Assembly: GCA_013044065.1 (NCBI GenBank)
Contig: JABEVA010000265.1
Span: 1-28,376, forward strand
From: Phycisphaerae bacterium
Lineage (GTDB): Bacteria > Planctomycetota > Phycisphaerae > WQYP01
Length of the DNA stretch: 28,376 nt
Reading direction: 5' to 3'
In this document: positions 24,191 to 28,376 of the stretch, piece by piece
How the letters are laid out: every line of letters starts with the position of its first letter
Position numbering within the stretch: position 1 is the first letter of the stretch
Made by a program: the position numbers and the translations under genes
The notes under the pieces: model-generated
The model's database searches: none
Told to the model about the DNA's origin: nothing
What the model saw: only the letters and a program-made list of their open reading frames with translations

Positions 24191-27025
24191 GTGGCTCTTA
24201 AGTGTATTAGAATTATTGGAGCCAGGGAACATAATCTTAAAAGCGTCAACCTGGATATTCCACGCGACCAACTCGTGGTCATCACCGGTCTGTCCGGCTC
24301 CGGAAAGAGCTCGCTCGCCTTTGATACCATTTATGCTGAAGGCCAACGAAAATATGTGGAATCTCTTTCCGCCTACGCCCGCCAATTTCTCGAGCAAATG
24401 CAAAAGCCCGATTGCGATGAAATCGAAGGCCTGCCGCCCACCATCGCTATTGAACAGCGCAGCGGTAGCACCAACCCCCGTTCCACCGTCGCCACCACCA
24501 CCGAAATTTACGACTACCTGCGACTCCTCTTTGCCCGGGTGGGCCAACCCCACTGCTGGACCTGCGGCAAACCCATCACCACGCAAAGTCCCTCCCAAAT
24601 TGTCGATAACGTGCTCACCTGGCCCGAAGGCTCCAAGATCATGGTGCTTTCGCCCCTGATACGCGGGCAAAAGGGCACCCACCGGGAGGTGCTCGAAGCT
24701 ATGACCCGCCAGGGCTTTATTCGATGCCGTATTGATGGTGCTTTTGCCGAAATCAAAGCCGCCCCCGCCCTCGATAAAAAACTCGCCCACACTCTGGAGG
24801 CCGTCGTAGATCGGCTGGTCATCAAGCCCGATATTCGTACACGCCTCGCCGATTCCATTGAACTCGCACTCAAACTCGCCGATGGCCTGGTGGTCATCGC
24901 CCGCGATGAGGGTGGCACATGGGTGGATTACACTTATTCCGCCCGGTGGGCTTGCCCGGACCATCCCGGCAATTCGCTCGAAGAGCTTTCCCCCCGTCTC
25001 TTTTCTTTCAATAGCCCTTACGGAGCCTGCGCCAAATGCGATGGGTTGGGCACGATCCTCGAATTTGATCCGGACCTGATCGTCGCCGACCCCACGCTTT
25101 CCCTTTCCGAGGGTGCCATTGAAGCCTTTCGCCGCAACGGCAAACGCATGAACGTCTATTACCATCGGCTCCTCGCCCGCTTCTGCCAGGATTTTAACGT
25201 GCCCGCTGACCAGCCCTTCAAGGACCTGCCTAAAAAATGCCGCGACTTAATTATGCACGGCACCAAACCCAAAGACGCTACCCGCACCGGCCTGACCTTT
25301 GAAGGCGTTATCCCCAACCTGCAACGCCGCTGGGAAAATACCGAAAGCGAATTTGTCAAAACCAGACTCCACCATTACCTAAGCGAGCAGCCCTGTGAAA
25401 TCTGTCATGGAGACCGCCTCAAACCTCAGGCTCTGGCCGTGCGCATCGCCGATAAAAACATCCGCGACATCGTGCGCCTTACCGTCACCCAAGCGTCGAG
25501 CTTTTTCGACCGCTTGCAGCTTGTCGGCGAACACTTGCTTATCGCCGCTCCCATTCTCAAAGAAATAAAATCCCGTCTCGGCTTTATGAATGATGTCGGC
25601 CTGGAATACCTCACGCTGGACCGCCAAACCGGCACGCTTTCCGGCGGCGAAGCCCAACGCATCCGCCTGGCCACTCAGGTCGGATCCGGCTTCGTCGGTG
25701 TGTGCTATGTCCTCGATGAACCCACCATCGGACTCCATCAACGCGATAATGACCGCCTCATCGGCACCCTCCGTCATCTGACCAATATCGGCAACACCGT
25801 GATTGTCGTGGAACACGATGAAGATACCATCCGCGCCGCCGATTGGCTCATTGATGTCGGCCCGGGGGCGGGTTCCCATGGCGGACACATCATTGCCCAG
25901 GGCACTCTACCGCAGGTGCTCCAATCCAAAGACAGTATCACCGCCCGCTATCTCACCGGCGAATATCAGATTCCTCTGCCCAGCCAACGGCGAACCGTGG
26001 ATATGAAGCACTTTGTGGAGGTCATCGGAGCACGTGAAAACAATCTGCGCGGCCTCAATGTCAAGTTTCCACTTGGTGCCATGATCTGCGTCACCGGGGT
26101 TTCCGGTTCCGGAAAATCTTCCCTCGTCAATCGCATTTTGCTCGCCGGTCTCAAACGATCTCTCTATGGCAGCAAGGAACGCCCCGGCCTGCATACCCGC
26201 ATCCAGGGAATAGATCAAATTGACAAAGTAATCGAAATTGATCAGTCCCCCATCGGTCGCACTCCCCGCAGCAACCCCGCCACCTACACCGGTGTCTTTG
26301 ATCTCATCCGCCAACTCTACGCCAAAACCCGCGAAGCCCGTATGCGTGGTTATCAACTCGGACGTTTCAGTTTCAACGTCAAGGGCGGTCGCTGCGAGGC
26401 CTGCCAGGGCCAGGGAACCAAACGTATTGAAATGCACTTTCTTCCCGATGTTTTTGTCACCTGCGAAGAATGTAAAGGCACCCGCTACAACCGCGAAACG
26501 CTGGAAATCAAATACCGCGGCAAGTCCATCGCCGATGTGTTGGCCATGCGCATCGAGGAATCGCTGCAATTTTTTGAGAGTTTTTCCGCCATCAAAACCC
26601 TCCTGCAAGCCCTTAACGATGTCGGTTTATCCTACGTCGAACTGGGCCAGTCCAGTACCACTCTTTCCGGCGGAGAAGCCCAGCGTGTCAAGCTGGCTTC
26701 AGAACTCGGCAAGCCCGGCACCGGGCACACCCTTTACGTCTTGGATGAACCCACCACCGGCCTGCATTTTGCCGATATCCACAACCTTTTGGGCGTCCTT
26801 ACGCGCCTGACCGACCATGGCAACACCGTCGTGGTCATTGAACACAATCTTGATGTCATCAAATGCGCCGACTGGATTATTGATTTAGGCCCCGAAGGCG
26901 GTGCCGGCGGTGGCCAGGTGGTTGCCGTTGGTACACCCGAACAAGTGGCCGCCATGCCCGCCAGCCATACTGGCCGTTATCTTCTCCAGAAATTAGCGCC
27001 CCTGGCGGAAAGGGTTGCCGGTTAA
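24191..27025 (+). CDS. uvrA: Excinuclease ABC subunit A, ~944 aa
   Basis: GAREHNLK, two Walker A motifs (TGLSGSGKSS, TGVSGSGKSS), two LSGGEAQR signatures, LDEPT, zinc-binding CxxC pairs, and GRFSFNVKGGRCEAC. Confidence 0.98.
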   Translation: MALKCIRIIGAREHNLKSVNLDIPRDQLVVITGLSGSGKSSLAFDTIYAEGQRKYVESLSAYARQFLEQMQKPDCDEIEGLPPTIAIEQRSGSTNPRSTVATTTEIYDYLRLLFARVGQPHCWTCGKPITTQSPSQIVDNVLTWPEGSKIMVLSPLIRGQKGTHREVLEAMTRQGFIRCRIDGAFAEIKAAPALDKKLAHTLEAVVDRLVIKPDIRTRLADSIELALKLADGLVVIARDEGGTWVDYTYSARWACPDHPGNSLEELSPRLFSFNSPYGACAKCDGLGTILEFDPDLIVADPTLSLSEGAIEAFRRNGKRMNVYYHRLLARFCQDFNVPADQPFKDLPKKCRDLIMHGTKPKDATRTGLTFEGVIPNLQRRWENTESEFVKTRLHHYLSEQPCEICHGDRLKPQALAVRIADKNIRDIVRLTVTQASSFFDRLQLVGEHLLIAAPILKEIKSRLGFMNDVGLEYLTLDRQTGTLSGGEAQRIRLATQVGSGFVGVCYVLDEPTIGLHQRDNDRLIGTLRHLTNIGNTVIVVEHDEDTIRAADWLIDVGPGAGSHGGHIIAQGTLPQVLQSKDSITARYLTGEYQIPLPSQRRTVDMKHFVEVIGARENNLRGLNVKFPLGAMICVTGVSGSGKSSLVNRILLAGLKRSLYGSKERPGLHTRIQGIDQIDKVIEIDQSPIGRTPRSNPATYTGVFDLIRQLYAKTREARMRGYQLGRFSFNVKGGRCEACQGQGTKRIEMHFLPDVFVTCEECKGTRYNRETLEIKYRGKSIADVLAMRIEESLQFFESFSAIKTLLQALNDVGLSYVELGQSSTTLSGGEAQRVKLASELGKPGTGHTLYVLDEPTTGLHFADIHNLLGVLTRLTDHGNTVVVIEHNLDVIKCADWIIDLGPEGGAGGGQVVAVGTPEQVAAMPASHTGRYLLQKLAPLAERVAG

Positions 27026-27067
27026 ATCCGTTGGCCCCATCATTTCCCAATAGAGGAGGCTTACTCC

Positions 27068-27775
27068 ATGCCGCCATTTTCCCAAACCACACTGTGGTTC
27101 AACCGCCACAGCCTGCGCGAGATTGACCGCCGCTGTGCCAAGCAGTTTCATCTGCCCGTAACAGCCCTCATGGAAAACGCCGGCACCGGTGTCGCCCATA
27201 TTGTCACACGCTATACCACACCCGCCGAATCCATTCTGGTGCTCTGCGGTGCCGGCAATAACGGCGGAGATTCCCTCGTGGCAGCGCGCCACTTGGCCAA
27301 CCGCGGTTATCAGCTTCATGTGATGCTCACCGCCCCGGCGCAGAACTTTCAACCCGCCGCCGCCACACAACTCGCCACCATTGGTGCCATGGATATTCCC
27401 ATCACCGATATTTCCGCCGGCGATGCGCCCTTTGCCCGTTGGCTTGCCGCCACCGGCGAGAGTGCCTGCATCGTGGACGGCATGTTCGGTACCGGTCTCT
27501 CCCGGCCGCTTCAAGGATACCTGCTCGCCCTGGTCGCAGCGGTCAATGCCGCCGAACGTCTGGTCATCAGTGTGGATATTCCGTCCGGACTGGATTGTGA
27601 TACCGGAGAGCCGTTGGGGCTGGCCATCCGCGCCGGCCACACCGTAAGCTTCTGCGGCATGAAAATCGGCTTCGCCCAGGCATCCGCCACCGCCTATACC
27701 GGCCAGATCTCCATCGCCGATATCGGCGCTCCCGCCACTTTGCTGCGCGAACTTGCCGTACCTGCTCCGGATTAA
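27068..27775 (+). CDS. nnrE: NAD(P)H-hydrate epimerase (stand-alone YjeF_N domain), 235 aa
   Basis: [38 protein letters not shown]...K.G, ADIG; strong GAGGAGG RBS (27053-27059). Confidence 0.9.
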   Translation: MPPFSQTTLWFNRHSLREIDRRCAKQFHLPVTALMENAGTGVAHIVTRYTTPAESILVLCGAGNNGGDSLVAARHLANRGYQLHVMLTAPAQNFQPAAATQLATIGAMDIPITDISAGDAPFARWLAATGESACIVDGMFGTGLSRPLQGYLLALVAAVNAAERLVISVDIPSGLDCDTGEPLGLAIRAGHTVSFCGMKIGFAQASATAYTGQISIADIGAPATLLRELAVPAPD

Positions 27776-27804
27776 GGGACCACGCAGAAAATGATTTCCC
27801 GCTT

Positions 27805-27827
27805 TGCGGCGCAGGAATTTTGACCGC
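27805..27827 (-). repeat. Degenerate copy of the REP-like element at 17078-17100
   Basis: Minus-strand GCGGTCAAAATTCCTGCGCCGCA vs GTGGGCAAGATGCCCGCCCCGCA gives 17/23 ungapped matches. Both copies lie 30-35 nt downstream of a + strand stop codon. Confidence 0.35.
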
Positions 27828-28240
27828 TGGCGAGGCGCAACGGGCGCGCATACCCAGCCCGTGGGTCTGTAAGAAGCGAACAACGAAGCCCGCGGCCAAA
27901 AGAACCAGCCGGAAAGTGCGAAGTTCTTTTTGCCCGGTGCCATAGTTTCCAATTCATGCCAATGACCCACATATCATACTCCGCAAACAAACATCCAACA
28001 CCCGCTGCTCTACGCTCCCGCAGCCCGGGCCTACCCCAACTGCGATTTCCTCTCACCACAACCCCCACCTCCAATGAATCTTACAAAATCAAAAACGTTT
28101 CAAAAGTCTTATTTTGCGCAAATCTCATGCACCTTTTTACCAGCAAAAACTTGTCCCCGCCTCAGCACCACATTGCATTGATAAAAATATCCGCCACCAT
28201 GCATCGCCCGATCCATCGCAATTGCGCCACCGTCCAGCCC

Positions 28241-28274
28241 GGTCCCGAAGATTTTCGGGACCGTGGTGTCCCGA
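28241..28274. other. Perfect 9-bp inverted repeat plus a third half-site
   Basis: GGTCCCGAA-GATT-TTCGGGACC (28241-28262) and a further GTCCCGA at 28268-28274. Confidence 0.6.
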
Positions 28275-28376
28275 TGAAGGGCCTGTTGATTTAATTGCCG
28301 GGGCGGCAAATCCCAAGGGGTGTCCTAAGGCGGGGCGGATGACGAAAAAATTCGATCCTGACCACCGCGTGTGTTC

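Noticed and set aside
24065-25165. 366-aa minus-strand ORF (also 25907-26608 and 25379-25888)
   Set aside because: Antisense shadows of uvrA: no recognisable motifs, and the stop-poor reverse frame is expected in GC-rich coding DNA.
26993-27970. 325-aa minus-strand ORF
   Set aside because: It fully overlaps nnrE in antisense, has no motif and has no RBS at the GTG start.
27956-28294. 112-aa + strand ORF
   Set aside because: No RBS, atypical composition and no motif. Not called as a CDS; mentioned only as a possibility in the findings.
28300-28376. Resemblance to TPP (GGGGTG...TGA...CCTGA) or c-di-GMP-I (GGCAAA...CTAAG) riboswitches
   Set aside because: The invariant UGAGA and the P5/AGGGA elements of TPP are missing, as is the GAAA/GACGCAAAGC core of c-di-GMP-I. 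The region is also truncated by the window edge.
1-28376. CRISPR arrays, tRNA/rRNA, IS/transposase, integrase, prophage, toxin-antitoxin or defence genes, and frameshifted pseudogenes
   Set aside because: No regularly spaced repeats, tRNA cloverleaf signatures or relevant protein motifs were seen, and all recognised genes appear full-length.

Overview
A gene-dense, GC-rich bacterial chromosomal segment with 19 supportable CDSs. I found no rRNA, tRNA, CRISPR array, transposase, integrase or phage gene. The gene repertoire (FIG-family phosphatase, large secreted hypotheticals, orphan MoxR, stand-alone NnrE, Sua5-type TsaC) is suggestive of Planctomycetota (possibly Phycisphaerae), but this is inference only. 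Left, accessory-looking part: a two-gene MFP+RND efflux operon with no outer-membrane factor; an inositol-monophosphatase-superfamily gene downstream of two tandem, diverged paralogous ~600-aa secreted proteins of unknown function; and an MFS transporter. Middle: hflX, a MoxR AAA+ ATPase, a class V PLP enzyme lacking the desulfurase cysteine, a solo EmrB-like DHA2 transporter and an HpnG/MTAN-like nucleosidase. Right, housekeeping: a tightly coupled pgk-rpe-fabI-tsaC(sua5)-alr-2-hydroxyacid dehydrogenase operon, divergent from uvrA-nnrE, then ~600 bp of largely non-coding DNA with alternative hairpins. I cannot establish a complete new system from sequence alone. The best leads are (i) the tandem secreted paralogs plus phosphatase, (ii) two 18-19-nt motifs shared between the RND promoter and the hflX upstream region (possible shared regulon or sRNA), and (iii) mutually exclusive hairpins near the right edge.
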